A stretch of DNA of 64,000 nt from Phyllobates terribilis. Taxonomy: Eukaryota. The notes under the pieces were generated by a model. It worked only from the letters and a program-made list of their open reading frames with translations, did no database searches and was not told where the DNA came from. The DNA is taken from positions 865,024,001 through 865,088,000 of the forward strand of contig NW_027362762.1 of NCBI RefSeq assembly GCF_046119375.1, given 5' to 3'. Positions 37,827 to 51,427 of the stretch are shown here, piece by piece. The stretch's first letter is position 1. Each line of letters begins with the position of its first letter. The position numbers and the translations under genes were made by a program.

Positions 37827-39343
37827 CAGTGTGAGAGACAGTATCTTTAAAAAAATAAATAAATAAATAAATCAAGAAAATCACATTGTATGATTTGTAC
37901 ATAATTAATTAGCATTTTATTGCATGAAATAAGTATTTTGATACAATGGTAATAGATAAACAGAACTTAATATTTGGTACAGAAACCTTTGTTTGCAATT
38001 ACGGCGGTCAGACATTTCCTGTAGTTCTTGACCAAGTTTGCACACGCTGCAGCAGGGATTTTGGCCGCCTCCTCCATACAGATCTTCTCCAGATCTTTCA
38101 GGTTTCGGGGCTGTCGCTGTCCAACATTGAGCTTCAGCTCCCTCCAAAGATTTTCTATAGGGTTCAGGTCTGGAGACTGGCTCAGCCACTCCAGGACCTT
38201 GAAATGCTTCTTACGGAGCCACTCCTTAGGTGTCCTGGCTGTGTGTTTCGAGTCATTTTCATGCTGGAAGACCCAGCCACCACCCATCTTCAATGCCCTT
38301 ACTGAGGGAAGGAGGCTGTTTGCCAAAATCACGTGATACATGATCCCATCCATCCTCCCTTCAATATGGTGGAGTCGTCCTGTCCCCTTTTCAGATAAGC
38401 ACGCCCAAAATATGATGTTTCCCCCAGCATGCTTCACGGTTGGGACGGTGTTCTTGGGGTTGTACTCATCCTTCTTCCTCCAAACACGGCGAGTGGAGTT
38501 GATACCAAAACATTGTATTTTGGTCTCATCTGACCACATGACCTTCTCCCATGCTTCCTCTGGATCATCCAGATGGTCATTGGCAAACTTCAAACAGGCC
38601 TGGAAATGTGCTTGCATGAGCAGGGGGACCTTGCGTGCCCTGCAGGATTTTAATCCATGCCAGCGTAGCGTGTTTCTAATGGTAATGTCTGAGACACTGG
38701 GCCCAGCTCTCGGTAGGTCATTGACCAGGTCCTCCCATGTAGTTCTGGGCTGATTCATGACCTTTCTCAGAGTCATTCTTACCCCACGAGAGGAGATCTT
38801 GCCTGGAACCCCAGACCGAGGAAGATTGACAGTCATCTTGTGTTTCTTCCATTTTCTAATAATTGTGCCAACAGCTGTTGCCTTCTCACCAAGCCGCATG
38901 CCTAGTGTCCTGTAGCCTATCCCAGCCTTGTGCAGGTCTAGAATTTTGTCCCTGGTGTCCTTAGACAGCTCTTTGGTCTTGGCCACGGTGGAGAGGTTGG
39001 AGTGATTGATTTTGCACACAGGTGTCTTTTATACATATATTGAGTTCAAACAGGTGCAATTAATAAAGGTAATGAGTAGGAGGGCTTCTTAAAGAAAAAC
39101 TAACAGGTCTGTGAGAGACAGAATTCTTGCTGGTTGGTAGGTGACCAAATGCATTTTATTGCATGAAATAAGTAATTTAATTATTTTATTTGAATATCAT
39201 ACAATGTGATTTTCTGGTTGTTATTTTTAGATTATGTCTCTCACAGGTGAAGTGTACCTACAATAAACATTACAGACCTCCATTTTTGTAGGTGGGAAAA
39301 CTTGCAAAATTGGCAGTGTATCAAATACTTATTTTCCTCACTG
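37827..39343 (-). mobile_element. Tc1-family (DD34E, IR/DR-type) transposon, defective
   Basis: Stop-free transposase frame 37967-39019 but no ATG at the start (GTG); second catalytic D replaced by E (FQHENDSKH); right end ...CCTCACTG|TA; left TIR lacks its outer ~100 bp. Confidence 0.9.
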
Positions 39344-39413
39344 TATGTATTTAAACTGATCAGAGCCAAAGTATCACAGCGCTCATCTCTGTTTCGATAC
39401 GACAATCACACTT

Positions 39414-40235
39414 TAACCTCTTCTCGACATGGCCAATTTCCGTTTTTTTTTTTTCCTCCCCGTCTTCCAAGAGCCATAACTTTTTTATTTTTCTGTCCAC
39501 AGAGATATGGGGCTTATTTTTTGGGCGACGAGTTGTACTTTTGAATGACCGCATTCATTTTACCACACAGTATACTGGAAAACGGGTGCGATAAAATTGT
39601 TTTTTGGGAATTGTTTTTATGGTGTACACTGCGTGGCAAACATGACCTCGCAAATAGGATTCTGCTCATCAGTACAATTACAGCAATACCAAACTAGTCC
39701 AGTTTTTTTTTTATTATTATTTTAGTGGTGAAAAAATTTTTTTATTAATTGTGTCCCATTTTCCGAGTCCGTAACGTCTTCATTTTTCAGTCGATGATGC
39801 TATGTGACGGCTTTTTTTTGCAGGGCGAGACATCAATTTTATTGATACCATTTTGGGATAGATATGAAATTTTGATCTCTTGTTACAGCGGCAACCCCCC
39901 CCCCCCCCCCCCAAAAAAAGCGTAATTTTTTGGCATTTTTGAATTTATTATTTTTTTTTGTTACGGTGTTTACGAAATCGGGTTATTTTTAGGTCTTGAT
40001 AGATTGGGCTTTTCTGAACGTGGAGATACCATATGTGTATTTTTTAGTTTTTTCAATTATCTTTATTCTTTATTTTTAAAAGGGGGAAAAGGGAGAGGAT
40101 TTGGACTTTTAGGTTTTTTTTAAATACAGTGAAAAGTTTAAAAAAAAAAAAGGTATTTATTAGTCCCCTTAAGGGACCTGACTTGTCAGTACAGGAATAA
40201 GCAACAAGAAAATGTGAAAAAACCCTTGCACGTGG
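39414..40235. mobile_element. piggyBac-like non-autonomous fragment
   Basis: Starts TTAACCTCTTCTCGAC; homologous to the 5297-6290 fragment. Confidence 0.4.
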
Positions 40236-40294
40236 CACAGAGACATGTTTCTGGGGGTACGAGAGAGGTAGATATATTTTAAATAGATCATCAC

Positions 40295-40426
40295 CTTTTC
40301 CTTCTAAAGTTTGTAATAACTTGAGGGTAGAAAGACACAGACCAGGCCAGGAAATATATCCAGCCAATAATCTGCTCTATGACTTCCACTGCCAGGCTGT
40401 GGATCACCAGGAACCGGATCCTTGGT
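40295..40426 (-). CDS. CTNS: CTNS coding exon 5 of 10: (R)[43 protein letters not shown]
   Basis: 132 nt; first PQ loop SFYPQ; CAG|A ... AG|GTGATG. Confidence 0.96.
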
Positions 40427-42120
40427 CTGGAAACAAGAAGGAGTTAAGAGGTTAAATTGTTATTGATATACAGGGAGAAAACTGCGGCATCCACATTTGG
40501 GGATCACATGTGACCTGATAGTGAAAGCTAAGCTGTTGGGCGGCTCAGGGCAAGGATATTCCTCAGTCCGGCAAAGACGTCAATTGTGGCCAAGAAGAGG
40601 ACAGCCGAGGATCTCCGGCACAGAGCTCCACAAATCTGGACTTTCGATGTACCATAAATTGGATCTGTCACCAAATTTCACATTACAAACGGCATACATC
40701 AATCTTAGACCTGATAAGGCTGTTGTCTTTACTTTGAACATCAATGCCACCATGGCTTTATAATACTTTTTGAATGTTTTCCTACCGTATATATGAATGA
40801 GTTCGAGCTGAACTCATAAAATGCTCATCTTAATATCAGGATTATCATAGTGTTATTCTGACAATAACTACACCAGCCACATCAGGTCTAAGCGATCTAT
40901 TTAATAATAATGTATGCTGCTTGTAATGTGAAATCTGGTGACCGATTTGTTATGGAAAACATTCACTTTGGGAATGTAGAAATACCTTTAGGACTATAAT
41001 GTTATTATAGGGGATGTCTTATAATTGTTCTTCAGGAGCACACTACTCCTTTGCCTCCTGTTTTTCTGCTTGTGGGGGGTGGTGCACTAATGAAGGCTGG
41101 CAGCATGGTTGCACAGCAGCCCGATCGGTGCCCTCTTCAGTGCCGACAGCTTTGCCTCTGCAGCATTAGTGGATCGCAACGATCCGATACAGCCAACTTC
41201 AGAGCAGCGCTTACAAGCATTAAAACAATGAGCTTGCAAGTGCTGCACTCTTTGCCTAGGAAGTCGACCACCTCTAATAGACTGGAGAGGTGGCCAGTAA
41301 CCCAGCCAATGAGCAGTATGCTATAGAATTAAAAGCTGCTCGTTTTTACAAGGAGTTTGCAATTTTACCCTATTAACAAGATGACAATAGCCCTTTAATA
41401 TGGTGTGTGCCACTATTTTTCTGAAAGTAATTCTTATTTAGTATCAGCTAATTAATTTACAGTCCAGATTTCCAAGTGTCAGCTTAGCTTTACCCCCTGC
41501 AGGCAGTTCAGTACCCTAGGTACCAGTTCCAGGTATGGATGTCATCTGTTCGGAGATCCGAACTTATAGATTAGTATCTTATAGTATTTACACAAAAAAA
41601 TATCTAATAAGTGTGTACTTTGACGAGCCAATGGGCGACGTCAAATGACTGCCCATCGGCTAGATGTAAGCATATAGGCGCTTGTTTAATGGTGTCTTTA
41701 AACAGGCCGGCCTCGCTTCTATGCCCACAGAGTGATCATTAGCACAATCATTCTGATCGCATAGAATATCATTGTCCTCGGCAGCACATGTCCTGTTTAC
41801 ACTGGGCGATGTGCTGCCGAGAATGAAGATTTTTAAACAAGCTTAAAAATTATTATGTCACCCGATGAACAAGTGTTTTGCTGCCTGTTTACACTGGCCG
41901 ATAATTGGTAAAAGATCGTTCTTAGGAACAGTCAGTGTAAATGCACGCTTAGGTATTTAACGGCAGAACACCAATACTAGTGTTACTGTTCACACAGCTC
42001 TAAAAATATTTCTTCCTGTGTGCAGTCCTAGTAAACAGTGCATCCAATATGAAAACAAAAAAGGAACAATAATATATATATTTTTTGCACACTTACCCAT
42101 TTATTAGTAGGTGCACTCAC

Positions 42121-42224
42121 CTATTCGTGTGGGAATTATTGCTGTGCAGATAAGCGGTGACCTGCCCCACATCTTCTGCCATCACACCGAAAACAGAATG
42201 AGACGAATTTGCTAACAAGATAAT
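42121..42224 (-). CDS. CTNS: CTNS coding exon 4 of 10: IILLANSSHSVFGVMAEDVGQVTAYLHSNNSHTN
   Basis: 104 nt; VGQ.T.YLH motif; donor GTGAGT. Confidence 0.93.
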
Positions 42225-42324
42225 CTGAAGGAAAAGAGAAACGGAGAAAATGTAGACAAGATTTACACAGCAGCACAAAGTCCTTACATGGAAGTTTGGG
42301 ATGGATACACTATAGGAGCATATA

Positions 42325-43920
<1,596 letters not shown>

Positions 43921-44490
43921 TACGTGACCGGATATTACGTAGGAGCACATGTATAAGCAGATACACTATAGGATTATAGTCCTGCTCATAGTTACTGGCA
44001 CCCACGAAGTTTAAGTACATAATGTGGAATATCTCCGGAAAAAAATGAATCAAGTGAAGCAGTTTTTTTGTATAGAGCACTCGTGTTAAATATAAAAGAG
44101 CAAATGGCAAACAATAATAACAGAGTTCATTATAACGAGGTACATCAGATGTCCGTCATGATGCCCATTGTCTTATGGGACAAGATAGAGCGGCGTGCAG
44201 TGATATAGTATATACAGGAGGCCCATCAGAGCCCGAGAATTACCCCAACAGCACCAAATACAGTTCCCAGTATTGGCCGGTGCGCACTAAATGTCGCTGT
44301 TTAGAGGAAGTACAGTAATGGTCGGACGACACAGATTACAAGTGGTAAAGAAACAGAACAAAGATAAAATGTTGCTCTCTTTCCTTCCTGTTGCAGACTG
44401 ATATCCTGCTATGCTTAGCAAATAACCAACATATATTAATTGAGTCAGCTGAATATGCTGCCCTATATAACACACACACATATATATATG

Positions 44491-45624
44491 CAGGTGCATC
44501 TCACTCAATTAGAATATCATCAAAAAGTTAATTTATTTCAATTCTTCAATACAAAAAGTGAAACTCATATATTATATAGAATCATTACAAACAGAATGAT
44601 CTATTTCAAGGGTTTATTTCTGTTAATGTTGACGATTATGGCTTACAGCCAATTAAAACACAAAAGTCATTATCTCAGTAAATTAGAATACTTTATAACA
44701 ACAGCTTGAAAAATGTTTTTAAAATCCGAAATGTTGGCCTACTGAAATGTATGTTCAGTAAATGCACTCAATACTTGGTCAGGGCTCCTTTTGCATCAAT
44801 TACTGCATCAATGCGGCGTGGCATGGAGGCGATCAGCCTGTGGCACTGCTGAGGTGTTATGGAAGCCCAGGTGGCTTTGATAGCAGCCTTCAGCTCGTCT
44901 GCATTGTTGGGTCTGGTGTCTCTCATCTTCCTCTTGACAATACCCCATAGATTCTCTATAATAGATTCTCTATGGGGTTAAGGTCAGGCGAGTTTGCTGC
45001 CAATCAAGCACAGTGATACTGTTGTATATAAACCAGGTATTGCTACTTTTGGCAGTGTGGACAGGCGCCAAGTCCTGCTGGAGAATGAAATTTCCATCTC
45101 CAAAAAGCTTGTCGGCAGAGGGAAGCATGAAGTGCTCTAAAATTTCCTGGTAGACGGCTGCGCTGACTTTGGTCTTGATAAAACACAGTGGGAACCTACA
45201 CCAGCAGATGACATGGCCCCCCAAACCATCACTGATTGTGGCCTCTCCACTCTTCCTCCAGACTCTGGGATCTTTATTTCCAAATGAAATGCAAAATTTA
45301 CTTAGTGTGTCAGTGACTACCTTCTGGACATCTGTCAAGTCAGCAGTCTTCCCACTGATTGTGGAGCCTACTGAAAAGAGACTAAGAGACCTTTTTAAAC
45401 GCTTACGAAGCCTTTGCAGGTGTTTTTTGTTAATTATTCTAATTTACTGAGATAATTACTTTTGTGTTTTCATTGGCTGTAAGCCATAATCATCAATATT
45501 AACAGAAATAAAAACTTGACATAGATCACTCTGTAATGACTCTTTATAATATATGTGTTTCACTTTTTGTATTGAAGAACAGAAATAAATTAACTTTTTG
45601 ATGATATTCTATGAGATGCACCTG
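44491..45624 (-). mobile_element. Internally deleted, degenerate Tc1-like element
   Basis: TIRs CAGGTGCATCTCA...TAGAATATCATCAAAAAGTTAATTTATT at both ends; minus-strand remnant FILQQDLAPVHTAKS with frameshifts. Confidence 0.85.
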
Positions 45625-46229
45625 TATATGTTAACAGCTATAAATGTTAATAACTATAATGTGATTAGGTGATAAATGTTGCTTAGGAGATAACCCTATA
45701 AAACATTATGTATAACCCTTGCACAGGATAGATAATAAATGTATGATCACTGCTGATCCCCCAACAGATTAAAGAAGTCCCCTATGTGAATGTAGCAGTA
45801 GTGAGCATGTGCGACCATCGTGCCTATAGCCAGCACATGAAGCAGTGGTCGCACATGCTCACTGCTGCTCCTTCATATGGGGGCCCTCATGATCAGTGGG
45901 GGGGGGCCAGAGTATTTATTACCCCTCCTGTGCAAAGGTGATAATTGTTGCTTATGGGACAACCCATTAAAGTAGACAGGTGCACCCAGATATATGGGAG
46001 TCACGCCAAATTTTTTAGTTTTTAAAATTTTGAGAGCATCTGTAAATTCATTCACATTAGTGAATATTTATCAAAACTACTGTTTGCCAAATGCGGAGTA
46101 TGTATCCTGTGAATAATGAGAGCTGGAGTCTGCCTGGTTCCTGTAGGATACAATTCTCTCAATGTGTTTAAACCCCACAACGCTGGCACTTCACCCGGCG
46201 GTGCCAGACGTACGCTGCACATTACTTAC

Positions 46230-46314
46230 TTCTGCTGGAAGACGAACAATTGTGCTGTTCTTTGAAGAATACGTAACGTTGAAAGTAAAAAGAACGGTTT
46301 CATTCAATGGAGCA
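46230..46314 (-). CDS. CTNS: CTNS coding exon 3 of 10: (D)APLNETVLFTFNVTYSSKNSTIVRLPAE
   Basis: 85 nt; N-glycosylation sequons; donor GTAAGT. Confidence 0.92.
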
Positions 46315-46579
46315 CTGCAAAAACAAAAAACATTCACATAAAATATCACTGCGGGAAAAGTTTATGAGCAAAAATATTCAGGTCATCAATATAGGCTTTC
46401 TAATAACCCATTTGTTCAAGCAGTGGACAATACCCAGCGCACCAGTGAGTTCTCCAAGACCCTAAATGGGACAACACATCGGTCTCCTCCAATTAAAAAA
46501 AATTACTCAAAGGGGTATTCCCATCTCCAACATGTAGTCGGTGTAATAATAATAATAATAGCATTTCCAGAACACTTAC

Positions 46580-46691
46580 TCTACAGTAAGGCTTAGGTTT
46601 TTCATGCTTCCATTTTCTATGGTCACAACGTCTGGGATAGAAATCATGTTCTCAGCATGAAGCCCGGCCGATGATGGGGGGCCGTCAGCAC
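46580..46691 (-). CDS. CTNS: CTNS coding exon 2 of 10: (G)ADGPPSSAGLHAENMISIPDVVTIENGSMKNLSLTV
   Basis: Donor GA|GTAAGT at 46580 is clear; nearest in-phase acceptor is TTGCAG|GT at 46692; 112 nt; .P.VV..ENGS..N.SLT matches cystinosin. Confidence 0.75.
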
Positions 46692-46777
46692 CTGCAACTC
46701 AACAACATGTTCTCAGTGCCAACGTCCAGCAATGAAACAGTCTGCAGCTATCGACGGGTTAATTCAGGACCACTCAC

Positions 46778-46847
46778 CACAAAATACTAATAACCTGAGT
46801 AAGAAGAGGGCGAGTATTGTAGACTTTGGATTTAGGGTCACCTCCAT
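46778..46847 (-). CDS. CTNS: CTNS first coding exon (signal-peptide-like): MEVTLNPKSTILALFLLRLLVFC
   Basis: ATG in GCCATGG context; acceptor CCACAG at 46869; donor G|GTGAGT; exon sizes sum to a 381-aa frame. Confidence 0.8.
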
Positions 46848-48169
46848 GGCTGTACGGCTCGGTCTGAGCTGTGGAGAAGAAATTACCATTGCACGTTATT
46901 AGAAGTAGACCCCCGACACCCAACCTAATCTAGAAGTACCCGATGCTTCTAATAGACGCTTACATTACATCGATTCCTACTGTACTTAAAGGGGCTGTCC
47001 ATTATTGATAACACTGTACCAATGGGCTAGGGGGGTGGGAAAAAAAAAGAAGCTACGGATCTTCCAGACCAGCGCCACCACTGGAATCAACATCCGGACC
47101 GGTGCTGCAGCATCCAGCGAAGGCATCACATGAGCGTTGCAGCCAATCAGTCGCCGTTGATCACCTGCAGTGTTCACATTTCGTCCCTACCAGGACCCGG
47201 TGTCAGCACCCGGCATACCCAGGCAAGTGCTGAGGCCGCTGCACTTGAGGGGTCCACTTGATACAGATTCCCATTGGCATTATTCAACGTATATCCACCA
47301 TCATCCATGCACGCTACATGTATGGAGTGGGTTCAGGAGCTGAGCCTGCTCCATACAGCACGGCTGTGTTATACAGCCAGCATCAGTAGTAGCTAGCTTT
47401 GACCACAATGCGATTGTACTTTGCCAATGGCATTTTCATGGCATCGAGGAGCGGTAACGCCCAGTTGTCCATACGTTTCTAGGAGGAATAACAGAGGAAC
47501 AGCACCGAGTTATAAGAAAAGATGGAGTTTGCCTTTAAATACATGTGATTACCACGTGAGTCTGATAGACTGGATGGCATTATTGCATACATGATTAGCC
47601 TGCAGCCAGTCACACAGCCGCGTCCAGACCGCTGCGACCTGTCGCGCATTTGCGATCGCATAAAAAATATACAAAATCCAACATTACATTTTTGGAGGCT
47701 ATTGCAAAACGTCAACTATGGGTGTCCCTCGAGTGCTGGACACCAGGGTGACGTACTCACAGCCGTCATCTGAGGGGTCCAGGTCCTAATAAAGGGGTTT
47801 TCTGCTCCCTGCACTATAGTATATTTAAATAAAGCAAACTCAGCCTTACTCACCCTCCCCAGGTCCAGTGCTCAGTCTCCCCTGCTGCTCCTGGTGTCTA
47901 TTATTGCCTGCAGCACTGGTGTCACATCAACAGCCAATCAGTGAGCTCAACGTGGCTTGTGCTGTCTACTCAGAGTTCAATGATTGGCTGCAGCGCTGTT
48001 TTTAAAAAAAAAAAAAAAACACCTGTGGACAGGAATTTACAAAAGTGGAAAACCTCTTTAGGACCTGTAAATATCTAGTTATGCCACTGGGTGAGGGGCA
48101 GGGATGAGAGCTCAGTACTGCCCCCTCACACTACCAGGTCAGTAGGGCACAAGCAACTGCAGAAAAAAG

Positions 48170-48540
48170 TCCCAATACCATGACGTCACGTGCCCAGCCC
48201 CTCAGCCTATAGACTGTGCACTGTCACTATGGCGGACACTGACCTGTGCGCCCTCCTCGTCTATCAGCAGACCGGCCACTCCGTGCACCTCACTAAGTCC
48301 TCAATTGTCAATGTAGTCAGCAAGCCCCGCCTTCTTCCTTGTTTACCTCGTGACACGGCGGCAGAGGAGAAGCCTGGCTCAGGTCTGTCCTTCAGGCGCC
48401 ATTTTTATGAAGTCAATTTTTGTATGCAATTGAATGGCTGAGTTTCAGGAAAATGGCGCCTGTACTGGGGACATTAAAGTTAGCGACGTCTCACTTGTGG
48501 TAACAGTGGGCAGAGCCGCTGTCAGTGACTCTGTCTTATG
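48170..48540. promoter_or_regulatory. Bidirectional CTNS/SHPK promoter region
   Basis: CpG-rich; TGACGTCACGTG (CRE plus E-box/CLEAR-like) 48181-48192; inverted YY1-like AAAATGGCGCCTG at 48393-48405 (-) and 48450-48462 (+); candidate CTNS non-coding exon donor GAG|GTAAAC at 48347 (-). Confidence 0.7.
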
Positions 48541-48702
48541 CTAATACTACAGATGGATCTCGGAAAGGACTGCTTGGTTCTGGGCATTGATGTGGGCACC
48601 AGTTCTGTGAAGGCCGTGTTAGTGGAGCCCGCATCCCGGGAGGTGCTGCATAGCCAGAGCCGGGACACAAGAGCCGGGCTGCAGAGCGAGTGTGGAGCCC
48701 AG
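48538..48702 (+). CDS. SHPK: SHPK coding exon 1 (start at ATG 48538 or 48553)
   Basis: LGIDVGTSSVKA FGGY-kinase phosphate motif; CAG|GTGAGG donor, phase 0. Confidence 0.92.
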
Positions 48703-49281
48703 GTGAGGCTGGAGGCTCCATGGCTTGCTGGGAATTGTAGTCCTTCAGATGCAGGAGAGTGACAGGTCTATGCAAACCTATATCAGGACATTGCTCCCTC
48801 TGTGACTTGTCCTTCATAGATACCCACCTTTTTTGCTCAGTGACATGGACATCAAACAATTGATATTTTTTATATATATATTTTATCTAAATTCATGTAT
48901 TTTGGGCTAAAGAACAGTTTTACAATTAGGATCGTTAAAAGTTTTGCACCATTTTGCCTTTACAAATTCTTTTTTTTCCAGCGCATTCAACTTTGATGTG
49001 GTCTGTGGTCATAAATCAGCTGAGAGGAGCGCAGAAAAAGAGGACACAAGAGTTACAGTCTCTCCTGTCAGAATGAGCTCACTGATGGATTTTCAGTTAA
49101 CTCATTCTGCAGCCTGCAATAGACAGCAGCTATAGAAGGCACATGGTGCAACATTTTTAATGAAACCCAAATACAAACATGAATTTTATCCAAGAATACC
49201 TACATTTAAAGTGTGACCGCTGTTTTAATTTTTGTTTCATAAATCAATAGTACACATGAAAATAAACAACTTTGTCATATA

Positions 49282-50908
49282 CAGCACAGACCAAAAGTTT
49301 GGACACACCTCATTTAAAGATTTTTCTGTATTTTCATGACTTTGAAAATTGTACATTCACACTGAAGGCATCAAAACTATGAATTAACACATGTGGAATT
49401 ATATACTTAACAAAAAAGTGTGAAACAACTGAAAATATGTCTTATATTCTAGGTTCTTCAAAGTAGCCACCTTTTGCTTTGATGACTGCTTTGCACACTC
49501 TTGGCATTCTCTTGATGAGCTTCAAGAGCTAGTCACCGGAAATGGTTTTCACTTCACAAGTGTGCCCTGTCAGGTTTAATAAGTGGGATTTCTTGCCTTA
49601 TAAATGGGGTTGGGACCATCAGTTGTGTTGTGCAGATGTCAGGTGGATACAATGCTGATAGTCCTACTGAATAGACTGTTAGAATTTGTATTATGGCAAG
49701 AAAAAAGCAGCTAAGTAAAGAAAAACGAGTGGCCATCATTACTTTAAGAAATGAAGGTCAGTCAGTTCGAAAAATTGGGAAAACTTTGAAAGTCTCCCCA
49801 AGTGCAGTTGCAAAAACCATCAAGTGCTACAAAGAAACTGGCTAACATGAGGACCGCCCCAGGAAAGGAAGACCAAGAGTCACCTCTGCTTCTGAGGATA
49901 AGTTTATCCGAGTCACCAGCCTCAGAAACCGCAGGTTAACAGCAGCTCAGATTAGAGACCAGGTCAATGCCACACAGAGTTCTAGCAGCAGACACATCTC
50001 TACAACAACAGTTAAGAGGAGACTTTGTGCAGCAGGCCTCCATGGTAAAATAGCAGCTAGGAAACCACTGCTAAGGACAGGCAACAAGCAGAAGAGACTT
50101 GTTTGGGCTAAAGAACACAAGGAATGGACATTAGACCAGTGGAAATCTGTGCTTTGGTGTCATGAGTCCAAATTTGAGATCTTTGGTTCCAACCACCGTG
50201 TCTTTTTGCGACGCAGAAAAGGTGAACGGATGGACTCTTCATGCCTGGTTCCCACCGTGAAGCATGGAGGAGGAGGTGTGATGGTGTGGGGGTGCTTTGC
50301 TGGTGACACTGTTGGGGATTTATTCAAAATTGAAGGCATACTGAACCAGCATGGCTACCACAGCATCTTGCAGCGGCATGCTATTCCATCCGGTTTGCGT
50401 TTAGTTGGACCATCATTTATTTTTCAACAGGACAATGACCCCAAACTCACCTCCAGGCTGTGTAAGGGCTATTTGACCAAGAGGGGGAGTGATGGGGTGC
50501 TACTCCAAATGACCTGGCCTCCACAGTTACCAGACCTGAACCCATTCGAGATGGTTTGGGGTGAGCTGGACCGCAGAGTGAAGGCAAAAGGGCCAACAAG
50601 TGCTAAGCATCTCTGGGAACTCCTTCAAGATTGTTGGAAGACCATTTCCGGTGACTACCTCTTGAAGCTCATCAAGAGAATGCCAAGAGTGTGCAAAGCA
50701 GTCATCAAAGCAAAAGGTGGCTACTTTGAAGAACCTAGAATATAAGACATATTTTTGGTTGTTTCACACTTTTTTGTTAAGTATATAATTCCACATGTGT
50801 TAATTCATAGTTTTGATGCCTTCAGTGTGAATGTACAATTTTCATAGTCATGAAAATACAGAAAAGTCTTTAAATGAGAAGGTGTGTCCAAACCTTTGGT
50901 CTGTACTG
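49282..50908 (+). mobile_element. Full-length but inactivated Tc1-like DD38E (Intruder-type) transposon
   Basis: TA TSDs; ~200-bp TIRs; frame 49693-50745 with a premature TAA at 49843; first D lost (WCHESK); 38 residues between QQD and E. Confidence 0.92.
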
Positions 50909-51206
50909 TATCTTATCAGAGAAATCTGCTTCTTTCTCCTCCTGGACTGATCATTTACTCTCTATTCATGGGTAATATCTGAATTCAACGAAGACAGAGT
51001 TTCCCATTACTGAGATAGAAGATGGCAGTTGGTGCTTTTGAAATTTTATGGAGAAGGAAGGAGTTGGAGGCAAACACAGACATTTTACTGCAAGCTGTCC
51101 TGAAGCTACAGTTACAGTTCTCCATAGAAGTTCATGAGCATCAACTGCCATATTTTATGTCAGTAATGGGAAAGTCTGTACTTGCTGAACACAGATTTTA
51201 CTCTTA

Positions 51207-51408
51207 GGCCTGGCCCCACTATCAGTATTTGGTCAGTATTCAGTCAGTATTTTTTCTCAGGAGTGGGAGCCAAAACCAGGTGAGGAACAATTTGAGAAAA
51301 GGTATAATAGAAACAAGTCACCAATTCTGCATTTATCACCCACTCTGGGTTTTATCTACCACTCCTGAGAAAAAATACTGACCAAATACTGATAGTGGGG
51401 CCGTGGCC
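51207..51408. mobile_element. Harbinger-like MITE (same family as 16264-16467)
   Basis: TTA on both sides; TIR GGCC(T/AC)GGCCCCACTATCAGTATT. Confidence 0.85.
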
Positions 51409-51427
51409 TTAAATTGAGAATTAAGGG

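Noticed and set aside
39412-40456. CTNS exon 40295-40426 apparently enclosed by TTAACCTCTT / AAGAGGTTAA, suggesting exon capture by a piggyBac-like element
   Set aside because: The right-hand motif is the exon's own branch-point and pyrimidine tract on the minus strand, and the exon is in its normal position; the match is only 6 bp plus TTAA
48500-48552. Possible mini-intron (GTAACA...CTAATACTACAG) before the second SHPK ATG
   Set aside because: Only 53 nt and would put the upstream ATG out of frame; needs transcript data
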